32,000 nucleotides of DNA from Alphaproteobacteria bacterium (lineage in GTDB: Bacteria; Pseudomonadota; Alphaproteobacteria; Rs-D84; SZUA-605), in assembly GCA_031549385.1 (NCBI GenBank), contig JAVBPW010000001.1:6142-38141 (forward strand), given 5' to 3'. Below the pieces are notes generated by a model. It did no database searches. It saw only the letters and a list, made by a program, of their open reading frames with translations, and was not told where the DNA came from. Position 1 is the stretch's first letter. The number at the start of each line of letters is the position of its first letter. Shown here piece after piece: positions 11,301-17,693 of the stretch. A program made the position numbers and the translations under genes.

Positions 11301-11585
11301 GATGATTATCCTTGGATGTTTGAAAATAATAGACCTGAACAAGAAGTAATTGTTAAAGGGAAAAATGGAACTCAAGTTTATAGAATCGATAATCTTATTA
11401 TTAATGAAGATGAAGTCATCATTATTGACTATAAAACTGATAGAAAAGCTTCACTTGAATTATTTGAACTATATAAAAAGCAATTGAAAAACTATAAGCT
11501 AGCAATTGGCGATATTTATAAAGATAGAGCCATAAAGACTTATATTCTATGGCTCCTAGACGCTTCCTTACAAGAAATTATTTAG
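8337..11585 (+). CDS. addA: Double-strand break repair helicase-nuclease AddA
   Basis: 1082 aa with UvrD-type Walker A ASAGTGKTKVL, helicase motif II LLDEAQDTS, TVHGAKGLE, LLYVALTRAK, and a C-terminal RecB-type nuclease motif IIDYKTD. The start overlaps the upstream stop (ATGAATAA). No addB is adjacent. Confidence 0.85.
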   Translation: MNKLATEIQNKASNPTISAWVDASAGTGKTKVLTDRILKILLYGGDISKILCITYTKNSANEMLNRLIETSKKWAMMNDEKLKCELGNILEDEYINDELILKARTLFAVVCENIESIKIKTIHSFCEEILKKFPVEAGINPHFKNIPENERKAFLKNVINEIFKQNDVQVLDQISYLASFINQDAFGDIQKDIISNANKFEELFKTDFKTIDNKLRKTLEIKETDLDKIKLDFIKNHIGLFNGFVNISSALSETAKKYGRELSEFLLLNDIDKIRNFNSVVSIFLTGDKTVRKTPKEDNFQNLANKVFEFYKVFVNINVYNQSKAVLIIAKKFLDQYKQEKEKQGLLDFDDLISKTLALLTKKDISSWVIYKMNGGISHILLDEAQDTSPYQWKIIDAISENFFETNPRNFAEFKSIFIVGDRKQSIYSFQGADVENFEKYFKYLEDKIDNSDYKFKKVDMNVSFRSSETVLNFVDEVFKKDEILKGVSLDKVKHINGKELNGRVELYPHIKLNEKVKKDYIEGHFDEKFYENNYLNLAKAIAIKIRNLLDSKIYLADQKRYLSEQDIIILVKSRNRIVSYLNKELKNLDIEFEGIDKFKLLDDMATEDLLACGKFAVFPFDDLNLAGLFKSPLIGGSEKELFDLCYGRGGESLWDRILNSSDVEIAKKRTKLQKIYEHRNDTPFEFYSFVLNKLDGKKLLLKRLSMAALDSINYFINTALEWNNKIVSDLSSFLDFIVNGDIEIKREGQGNKQNGVKILTVHGAKGLEGQYVFLADTCKVKSNKAEDKFIFDEELFFWFVNKSFVNEQIENSLAHQSEKDMEEYKRLLYVALTRAKRNLYIFGLEKCEKNSWYEILRDTFNSLDKKKIESVPEYLAEYYEEDAKILSVENIVEEVSEIIEEKIEKKKESNFNYPQEPEIETPVLKNDVELDKNEESIRIGNIIHKIMQNVSQIPEDIRLDWVSEKIENSDLNDNQKEDFNNSLKTILDDYPWMFENNRPEQEVIVKGKNGTQVYRIDNLIINEDEVIIIDYKTDRKASLELFELYKKQLKNYKLAIGDIYKDRAIKTYILWLLDASLQEII

Positions 11586-11787
11586 ATAGATTTTGTATTA
11601 ATTTTACTAAATTTCTTTGACCTTCAAGAAAATACAATTCCTCTTTAGTTGCTGATGATGGAAGAGTTTTATTTAAAGTTATCTGATTTAAATATTCTAA
11701 CACATTCTTTCCATTTATATTATTGAAAGTTAAAAAGAAACTTCTTTGTAATTGCTCTCTTTCTTGTTTTTCTCTGACGTTAAACAT
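11578..11787 (-). CDS. Small portal-linked phage protein (Bbp19-like pattern), function unknown
   Basis: The track start (11793) is GTG. The ATG at 11787 overlaps the portal stop (ATGTTTAA) and has GAAGGTG upstream. The pattern F.TFNN.NGKNVLEYL...EGQRNLV resembles the small proteins that accompany podovirus portal genes. Its stop region overlaps the addA stop convergently by 8 nt. Confidence 0.45.
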   Translation of the reverse strand: MFNVREKQEREQLQRSFFLTFNNINGKNVLEYLNQITLNKTLPSSATKEELYFLEGQRNLVKLIQNLSK

Positions 11788-13357
11788 TTGCACCTTCCAT
11801 TTGCTTTTGTGTTTTTTGTATCATCCATTCTTTATAATTTTCTAGATTTTCAGCTAAGACTTTATCATCTAAATTTATCAAGCCATCTATTAAATTTGCT
11901 GGCATTTTATGAACAAACTCTAAAACCTTGTTTTCATATTCTTCATCTTTTGTTAGTAAAAAACTTTTAGAAATATTCATCTTTTTAGTTATTGATTGAA
12001 GGATTTCTTCTTTGTCTATCATCTTTTCAAATGTTTGACCTAAGGCTGATACCATTTTTATCCAATCCAAAATATTCGATACATCATCATAGGACTTTAA
12101 CTGGCCTAGTTTTGATACATAATTTATCTGAATATCACTTTTAGAATATGGATCTTTAATCTCACCCCTTCTTTTCAATATTGAATATGCTCTTAAAATT
12201 AATGGATTTAATAACTCACTTTGTAATCTTCCATATGTTGCTCCAAGTACCTTCAACGAGATACTTGAACGTTGCAATACTTCTGTTGCTGACATATTAA
12301 AGTTTTGATTAAATGGCTGTAATTGTGTTGATAATAATGCAGATTTTATATTCTCTCTTATATCTTTTAAAATTAAGTCTGAAATATTAAAATCTGTTCC
12401 TACTTTCAACGGTGTTAGCCCACTTGACCCCATTGCTTTTGGTATTATTGCCCCTGGGGTTAGTTCTATATTTGCTGGATTTAGCACTCCATCATCGTCC
12501 GCTTGCCATACTCCGCTTACTGCTAAAGAAGCATTTTTTAATACTAATTCTACTATTTTATTTGCTGTTTTTATGTCAGGTAGCGCTTTCATTATTGGAG
12601 ATCTTCCATAAAAAACTGATGGAGATTTAGTAAAGCGGAAAATTATAAATGGATTTTGCTCGAATGTTCCTGATGCTAATACTTGATTGTCATTTTCTGT
12701 GAAAATAAAATATTTAAATTCATTGTTTTGCTTGTATACACATTCCACTATATTCAACTTAAAGTCTGAGTCATTCTTTTGCACATCTTCCATTTGCTTT
12801 GTCGGAATAAAATTTGAAAACTTTTCTTTTATTGCTGCTAATCCCATTTGACTTTTCTTATATATGGTTTCTGGATGGGTTGAATTGTTTTCATCTATAT
12901 AAATATCACGCATAGAAATTGCTTTGAAATTAAAGGCTGAATTTTGTCCTAATTGAGCTTCTTCAAATAATAAACATGCTGTTCCTATTACACATAAATC
13001 TATGTAGCATTGATGAATTGTTGAAAAGAAATTTGAGCGACCTAAATGAGCATATATCTTTTCTTGAGTTTCATGCAATGTGATTTCTGCTAATCTCTTT
13101 GATTTTCTATCTTTAGTTTCATAGTTTGAATGCAACTGAAACCATGATGAATAAGGTGGAGTCATTTCTGATAAAAGATGTGAAGCTAATTGGTCTACAC
13201 AATCTGATGCAGTTGAATCAAATAAATTATCTTTTCTTGCACATGATGCAAATACATTTTGAGAGGGAAATGTATAATTATAACATTCTTCCCAAAGAGA
13301 TTCTAAATCTCTTCTTTGCTCTTTTATTTTATAATATTTTTGTATTTTATTTTCCAT
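11780..13357 (-). CDS. Phage portal (head-to-tail connector) protein, T7 gp8-like
   Basis: 525 aa, against about 536 aa for T7 gp8. The N-terminus Y.IKEQRR....W.ECYNYTFPSQNVF....D.LFDSTASDCVDQLASHLLSEMTPP parallels T7 gp8 (YERLKNDR...CAQYTIPSLFP...GARGLNNLASKLMLALFP). An AAGGAG RBS lies 5 nt upstream. Confidence 0.85.
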   Translation of the reverse strand: MENKIQKYYKIKEQRRDLESLWEECYNYTFPSQNVFASCARKDNLFDSTASDCVDQLASHLLSEMTPPYSSWFQLHSNYETKDRKSKRLAEITLHETQEKIYAHLGRSNFFSTIHQCYIDLCVIGTACLLFEEAQLGQNSAFNFKAISMRDIYIDENNSTHPETIYKKSQMGLAAIKEKFSNFIPTKQMEDVQKNDSDFKLNIVECVYKQNNEFKYFIFTENDNQVLASGTFEQNPFIIFRFTKSPSVFYGRSPIMKALPDIKTANKIVELVLKNASLAVSGVWQADDDGVLNPANIELTPGAIIPKAMGSSGLTPLKVGTDFNISDLILKDIRENIKSALLSTQLQPFNQNFNMSATEVLQRSSISLKVLGATYGRLQSELLNPLILRAYSILKRRGEIKDPYSKSDIQINYVSKLGQLKSYDDVSNILDWIKMVSALGQTFEKMIDKEEILQSITKKMNISKSFLLTKDEEYENKVLEFVHKMPANLIDGLINLDDKVLAENLENYKEWMIQKTQKQMEGANV

Positions 13358-13390
13358 ATTTTCTCCTTACTGTTTTATAGGAAATTAATT

Positions 13391-13413
13391 TAGCCCTGAA
13401 TTAATCAGGGCTA
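13391..13413 (-). terminator. 9-bp hairpin between the ftsZ operon and portal (weak or partial terminator)
   Basis: TAGCCCTGA-attaa-TCAGGGCTA. On the minus strand it is followed by AAAUUAAUUUCC, a poor U-tract, so termination is probably leaky. Confidence 0.35.
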
Positions 13414-13437
13414 TTAAACGTTACAAATTCGTTAAAT

Positions 13438-13884
13438 TTATTGCTGTTGATACTTAATTAAATCTGAAATAGATTTATTTTCTTGTATATCACTTATCTT
13501 AATTCTCATTGGTTCACATTCATAACTTATCTTTGTATTTGTTATAAACTCAACTACTGGTGTTATTAATGTCATTGTTATTAAACATACTGTTATCATT
13601 ACTAAAGCACCTGCAAAATTAATTTGCTTACCACTTGCTAGCATATCAAATACCATTTTTAATATAACAAAAAATATCATTATATATGCTAACATTTTTA
13701 AAAAATCGATTAACTCTTTTACGTATTTTTGAAAACAACTGTTTGAAGTTACTACTAATGAATCTCCACTGATTACATTTTCATATCCAACAGATGTGAA
13801 ATAATTTTGCATCTCTGATAATGATACTGCAAATAAGTTACTGCATGCAAATATTATTAGAAAAATTACAAATATTTTATTCAT
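13438..13884 (-). CDS. Small membrane protein (signal/lipobox-like N-terminus plus two TM helices), function unknown
   Basis: 148 aa. The N-terminus FVIFLIIFAC resembles a lipobox, followed by two hydrophobic helices (MLAYIMIFFVILKMVF and AGALVMITVCLITMTLITPVV). The ATG overlaps the ftsZ stop (ATGAATAA), implying translational coupling. Confidence 0.5.
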   Translation of the reverse strand: MNKIFVIFLIIFACSNLFAVSLSEMQNYFTSVGYENVISGDSLVVTSNSCFQKYVKELIDFLKMLAYIMIFFVILKMVFDMLASGKQINFAGALVMITVCLITMTLITPVVEFITNTKISYECEPMRIKISDIQENKSISDLIKYQQQ

Positions 13885-15397
13885 CTTGTTCTTTTAAAAA
13901 GCTTTCAAAAGTATTTTCTTCTTCATTTAATGATGGCATGTCTTTGAATAAATCCATCAAATCATATGAAGCTGGTGTTTCTTTTTTAACTGGCTTTGGT
14001 TCTGGCCTTACTGGTCTTTCACCTTCTTCTTTAGCACCAAAGATATTTTTTAATTTACTTGAAAAAGATGCGTTTTTATCATCTGGCTTTGGTTCATTTG
14101 TTTGACCAATTGCCATTGATGAGATATCCAATGCTTGTGGGGTATCATCAAATTCTTCGATGATTACTTCATCCATTGTCATTGGAAATACTTCTTCAAT
14201 TTCTATTACTTCTTCTTGTTCTTCTTGCACTTCTTGTTCTTCTTCCAATGGAATAAATGTTTGTTCTTCATCTTCTTGAGTTGGTATCTCTTGAATTATT
14301 GTTGTTTCTGTGATTTCTATTATTCCATCTAATGGATCTAAGATTTCACCAGCTTCTTCTTGAACTGGTTTTGCTTCATCCAATATAGGTTTGATAAATT
14401 CATCAAAACTTTTATATTTGAAATCTGTATTTACTGAACCACTTAAACCTGTTGCTATTAATGTTAGGATTAATTTTCCATTTAAGCTTTTATCAAAGTT
14501 TGTTCCGAAAACAAAATTTTCTTGTGTCTTTAATTGATCCCTAACTTTTTCCATTATTCCTTTTACTTCACTTAATCTGATATCTGTACCACCAGAAATT
14601 TGAAGTAATACTTGTTTTGCTGAAACGGCACTTCCTTTGTCTATTAAATGATTTTCTAATACTTGTGAAACAGCATCTTCTACTCTGTTATCACCTGTTG
14701 TGATTGCAGAATTTACCATTATTTGACCACCATTATCTAAGATAGATTTGATGTCAGCAAAGTCTAAATTAATTTGACCTGTTGTATTTATTATGTCTGT
14801 TATTCCTTGTATACCATTTGCTATTTGCATATCTGCTGAACCAAATGCTTCTGATACTGGAATGTTATTATCAAATGCTGTGAAGAAATTTTCATTTGGT
14901 ATTATTACGTAACTTGATGTAGCTCCTGATAAATCATCCAGTGCGGAATTTGCTACTTTCTTTCTTTTTTCTCCTTCAAATGAGAATGGAAGAGTTACGA
15001 TTGATACGTTTAATACACCTGCTTGTGTTGCTGCATTTGTTAATATTGGAAGAGCTCCTGAACCTGTTCCTCCACCTAAACCGCCTACAAAAAATATTAA
15101 TGAAAAATCTTTAAAATAATCTTGAATTGCTGCAATATTTTCTATTGCACTTTGTTTTCCTATTTCTGGATTTCCACCTGTACCAAATCCTTTAGTCAAT
15201 TTTACACCAAGAGGAATCTTTGTTTCTGATAGTGAACTTTGTAAACTTTGAGAATCTGTGTTTAAGGCTACATATGTAACGCCTGATATTTTCTGCTTTA
15301 TTAGAGTGTTTAATATATTTATACCTGCACCACCTACACCTGCTATTAATATTTTTGGTGTAACATTATCTTCAAATTTAGCCCATGTATCTTGCAT
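13877..15397 (-). CDS. ftsZ: Cell division GTPase FtsZ
   Basis: GVGGAGINILN, GFGTGGNPEIG, GGLGGGTGSGALP (T4 loop), NLDFADI (T7 loop), a long acidic linker and a C-terminal FESFLKEQ resembling the conserved FtsZ tail peptide. A GGAGGG RBS is present. Confidence 0.9.
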   Translation of the reverse strand: MQDTWAKFEDNVTPKILIAGVGGAGINILNTLIKQKISGVTYVALNTDSQSLQSSLSETKIPLGVKLTKGFGTGGNPEIGKQSAIENIAAIQDYFKDFSLIFFVGGLGGGTGSGALPILTNAATQAGVLNVSIVTLPFSFEGEKRKKVANSALDDLSGATSSYVIIPNENFFTAFDNNIPVSEAFGSADMQIANGIQGITDIINTTGQINLDFADIKSILDNGGQIMVNSAITTGDNRVEDAVSQVLENHLIDKGSAVSAKQVLLQISGGTDIRLSEVKGIMEKVRDQLKTQENFVFGTNFDKSLNGKLILTLIATGLSGSVNTDFKYKSFDEFIKPILDEAKPVQEEAGEILDPLDGIIEITETTIIQEIPTQEDEEQTFIPLEEEQEVQEEQEEVIEIEEVFPMTMDEVIIEEFDDTPQALDISSMAIGQTNEPKPDDKNASFSSKLKNIFGAKEEGERPVRPEPKPVKKETPASYDLMDLFKDMPSLNEEENTFESFLKEQDE

Positions 15398-15481
15398 ATT
15401 TCCCTCCGAACTTAGTGTCCGATACTTTTTGTTTTTAAAGTATTTTCTTTAAAAATCCAGTTTTTTCCTTATTCGGTACAC

Positions 15482-15490
15482 ATTATAACA
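15482..15490 (-). promoter_or_regulatory. Candidate extended -10 promoter for ftsZ
   Basis: Minus strand reads TGtTATAAT, about 85 nt upstream of the ftsZ ATG. Confidence 0.35.
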
Positions 15491-15549
15491 TATTGTTTGT
15501 TTTTTTTATAGACTTTTTTATTTTTTTATATTACTATGCTTTAGTCATT

Positions 15550-15625
15550 GGCCAGGTAGCTCAGTTGGTAGAGCAAAGGACTGAAAATCCTTGTGTCGAC
15601 GGTTCGATTCCGCCCCTGGCCACCA
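15550..15625 (+). tRNA. tRNA-Phe (anticodon GAA), CCA encoded
   Basis: GGCCAGG-TA-GCTC-AGTTGGTA-GAGC-A-AAGGA-CTGAAAA-TCCTT-GTGTC-GACGG-TTCGATT-CCGCC-CCTGGCC-A-CCA. This is a clean cloverleaf with one A-C mismatch in the T stem (15599 with 15613). Confidence 0.95.
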
Positions 15626-15897
15626 CTTATTTTATTTTCAATAAAATCATTGTTGGAGGAGACGTTTCCTCACCTTCGGTTCGATGTCCTCGGCAAAATT
15701 GCCTGCGGGCTTCGCGTACGCATTTTAAATGCTACTTGTCGGGCCGCCCCTGGCCACTACTTATTTTATTTTCAATAAAATCATTGTTGGAGGAGACATT
15801 TCCTCACCTGCGGTTCGATGTCCTCGCAACTTTCGTTGCTTGCGGGCTTCGCGTACGCATTTTAAATGCTACTTGTCGGGCCGCCCCTGGCCACCAC
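15610..15897 (+). repeat. Tandem direct repeat: two units (15610-15743, 134 bp; 15744-15880, 137 bp) plus a terminal 17-mer, each starting with a copy of the tRNA-Phe 3' end
   Basis: CCGCCCCTGGCCAC(C/T)AC occurs at 15610, 15744 and 15881. The units are near-identical except for a swapped hairpin: GGCAaaatTGCC at 15692-15703 versus GCAACtttcGTTGC at 15826-15839. They are GC-rich relative to the surroundings. Confidence 0.9.
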
Positions 15898-15923
15898 AAA
15901 CTTGAAGTTTGACATTTTATTTT
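15897..15923 (+). terminator. Weak hairpin plus T-run ending the tRNA-repeat array
   Basis: CAAACT-tga-AGTTTG followed by ACATTTTATTTT. Confidence 0.4.
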
Positions 15924-15989
15924 AAAAAACTAAATAATTTTCCTAAATATCTAATTTTAGAATTGCTATTATTAGTTTATTTGGAAATT

Positions 15990-17165
15990 TTAATCTTCTA
16001 TGAATGGGTAGGATTTTACTGCTTCGGCTATCTTTTTTACTAATAATCTTTGATAGTCGTTTGTCTTTAATCGTTTCTCTTCTTCTCTGTTTGACATGTA
16101 TCCTAATTCAACTAATACTGATGGAATGTGAGACTTTAATACTGCAAATGGAGCGTATCTTTGATTAGTGTCTAATAATGATACACTTCTGTCCTTCTTA
16201 CATTTTTCGATTACTAACTTTGAAAAGATTATTGATTCCTCTTTTGTTTGTCGTAGTTTTAAATCACTTAACATACTTACTACTTTTTTATCATAATTTT
16301 TTGATAGTGATAAATCCATTAAGTCGGCTGCGTTTTCTCGTTCGGCTAGTCTTTGAGATTCTATGTCAGATGCTTTGTCTGATAATGTATATATAGATAA
16401 CCCCTTTGTATTTTCTTTTGGATGAGAGTCAGCATGAATTGATATAAATAAATCTGCCTTTTTCTTTCTTGCAAATTCACTTCTTTCAGCAAGCTGTAAG
16501 AAAGTATCGTTGCGACGAGTTAGATATACTTCATATCCCATGTTTTCTAATTCTCTTTCCAATAACTTTGCTGCTGATAAAGTTATTGTTTTTTCATAAG
16601 TTCCACCTTTTCCTATTGCTCCTGGATCTTTTCCACCATGACCTGCATCAACTACTATTATCTTCTTTGTATGCTTTTTCATTTTTTGATCTTGAGTTAT
16701 TATTGGAACGTTTGTAGTTTTTGGAATAACTTTTTCTTCGTCATCATCTTTATCTTTTGAACCTGATTTGCCTTTTTGAACAGTATCAAAAACTATACGA
16801 TAGTTTTTATTTGAACCTTGTGGATTTAATATAAAATGTTTTTCTATTTTTGCATCACCGTCTACATCAAGGACTACTCTGTTTATATTTGGTAATTTTC
16901 CATAACGAACATCTTTTACATAGTCTAACTTTGAACCTGAGCCATTTAACTTATAAGCTTTAGCTTGTTCTATATTTATTACTATGCGGTTATCCATATA
17001 TAAAAATGTATATTCTGGCTTGAAAGGAGTTTCTAATACAAATCTTACTCCACCCTCTGGACGTTTGCCTAATCTGTAGTCCATAGTCTCTGGTGCTCCA
17101 AATCCTTGCGAAAAGATTCCACATAAGAATAAAAAGAAAAATAATAAACCTTTTATTTTATTCAA
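15990..17165 (-). CDS. amiC: N-acetylmuramoyl-L-alanine amidase, AmiC-type (signal peptide, AMIN domain, amidase_3 domain)
   Basis: 391 aa. Signal peptide LLFFFLFLCGIFSQGFGA; AMIN-like N-domain (VRFVLE...RIVINI...RVVLDV); catalytic domain IIVVDAGHGGKDPGA...ADLFISIHADS...SVLVELGY. The start codon is TTG at 17165 and overlaps the stop of the upstream pilin-like gene. Confidence 0.85.
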   Translation of the reverse strand: MNKIKGLLFFFLFLCGIFSQGFGAPETMDYRLGKRPEGGVRFVLETPFKPEYTFLYMDNRIVINIEQAKAYKLNGSGSKLDYVKDVRYGKLPNINRVVLDVDGDAKIEKHFILNPQGSNKNYRIVFDTVQKGKSGSKDKDDDEEKVIPKTTNVPIITQDQKMKKHTKKIIVVDAGHGGKDPGAIGKGGTYEKTITLSAAKLLERELENMGYEVYLTRRNDTFLQLAERSEFARKKKADLFISIHADSHPKENTKGLSIYTLSDKASDIESQRLAERENAADLMDLSLSKNYDKKVVSMLSDLKLRQTKEESIIFSKLVIEKCKKDRSVSLLDTNQRYAPFAVLKSHIPSVLVELGYMSNREEEKRLKTNDYQRLLVKKIAEAVKSYPFIED

Positions 17166-17628
17166 ATTCTATATTCAGTATATTTACTGCCCCTTCTTGA
17201 CATTGTAAGTCTTCACTTGTTTCTGCATCTCTTCTTACTGCACTTCCGTTTAACCAAACTTCTTTTGCAGATTTCCATTCTGAAAGTCCATAGAATATAC
17301 AATCAGCTTGGGATAATTCTTCATAGGAAATTATAAAACCTTGACCACCTTCTGATGGACGAACTATAAATTCTTTTCCATATGCATTTCTGTTGTTTCT
17401 TAATGCTCCATATCTTTGTAAGTAAGATATAGTCAATAAACCGTAATCTGATTTTCCTTGGAATAATGTCTTTATGTTTTCTGATAAATCTTCAACTTCA
17501 TTTATTGTAGACATTCTTGTTAATTTTTCACGTGATCTTGTGTACATTGAAACAGCACCGATTGTTAATATTCCTACAATTGCGATAACGGCCAAAGTTT
17601 CCAACATTGTTCTTCCTGATTGTCTCAT
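17158..17628 (-). CDS. Type IV pilin-like (prepilin-type N-terminus) protein
   Basis: MRQSG/RTMLETLAVIAIVGILTIGAV has Gly at -1, Glu at +5 and a hydrophobic alpha1-N helix. Two C-terminal Cys (C..FY and LQC) are consistent with a D-region disulfide. The +1 residue is Arg instead of Phe/Met. An AAGGAG RBS is present. Confidence 0.7.
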   Translation of the reverse strand: MRQSGRTMLETLAVIAIVGILTIGAVSMYTRSREKLTRMSTINEVEDLSENIKTLFQGKSDYGLLTISYLQRYGALRNNRNAYGKEFIVRPSEGGQGFIISYEELSQADCIFYGLSEWKSAKEVWLNGSAVRRDAETSEDLQCQEGAVNILNIEFE

Positions 17629-17668
17629 TTTGTGCTCCTTGGTAAAATATCTTTGATTTTGTTAAAAG

Positions 17669-17677
17669 ATTATAGCA
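17669..17677 (-). promoter_or_regulatory. Candidate extended -10 promoter for the pilin-amiC pair
   Basis: Minus strand reads TGcTATAAT, about 40 nt upstream of the pilin ATG and immediately after the TerL stop. Confidence 0.4.
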
Positions 17678-17693
17678 TAAAAATTATTTTATT

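Noticed and set aside
14150-14300. Apparent DNA repeat (cttcttgttcttcttg...) inside ftsZ
   Set aside because: It encodes the acidic E/Q-rich linker of FtsZ. This is a low-complexity coding region, not an independent repeat element.
13877-15397. FtsZ homologue as a phage-encoded tubulin (PhuZ/TubZ-like)
   Set aside because: The motifs are those of bona fide FtsZ (GGGTGSG, NLDFAD, C-terminal FtsA/ZipA-type tail peptide). The gene has its own promoter and a coupled membrane partner. The cluster is also far too small to be a jumbo-phage-type system.
15626-15897. Tandem units as a two-piece (permuted) alphaproteobacterial tmRNA or as tRNA pseudogenes
   Set aside because: The 3' ends are copies of the tRNA-Phe acceptor strand. 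There is no matching 5' acceptor strand, no G3-U70 alanine identity, no convincing T-arm and no tag reading frame ending in ..AA. The internal GGTTCGAT cannot be closed into a 5-bp T stem.
15493-15912. 139-aa plus-strand ORF (and the nested 61-aa ORF at 15593-15778) running through tRNA-Phe and the tandem units
   Set aside because: It reads straight through a tRNA gene and its repeats. The open frame results from the GC-rich, stop-poor repeat sequence. It has no RBS, and the repeated peptide segments simply mirror the DNA repeat.
15990-17165. AmiC-type amidase as the endolysin of the phage-like cluster
   Set aside because: It has a Sec signal peptide and an AMIN domain typical of septal AmiC. 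It is transcribed with the pilin-like gene from its own promoter, and the cluster already has SleB-like and M15 enzymes.
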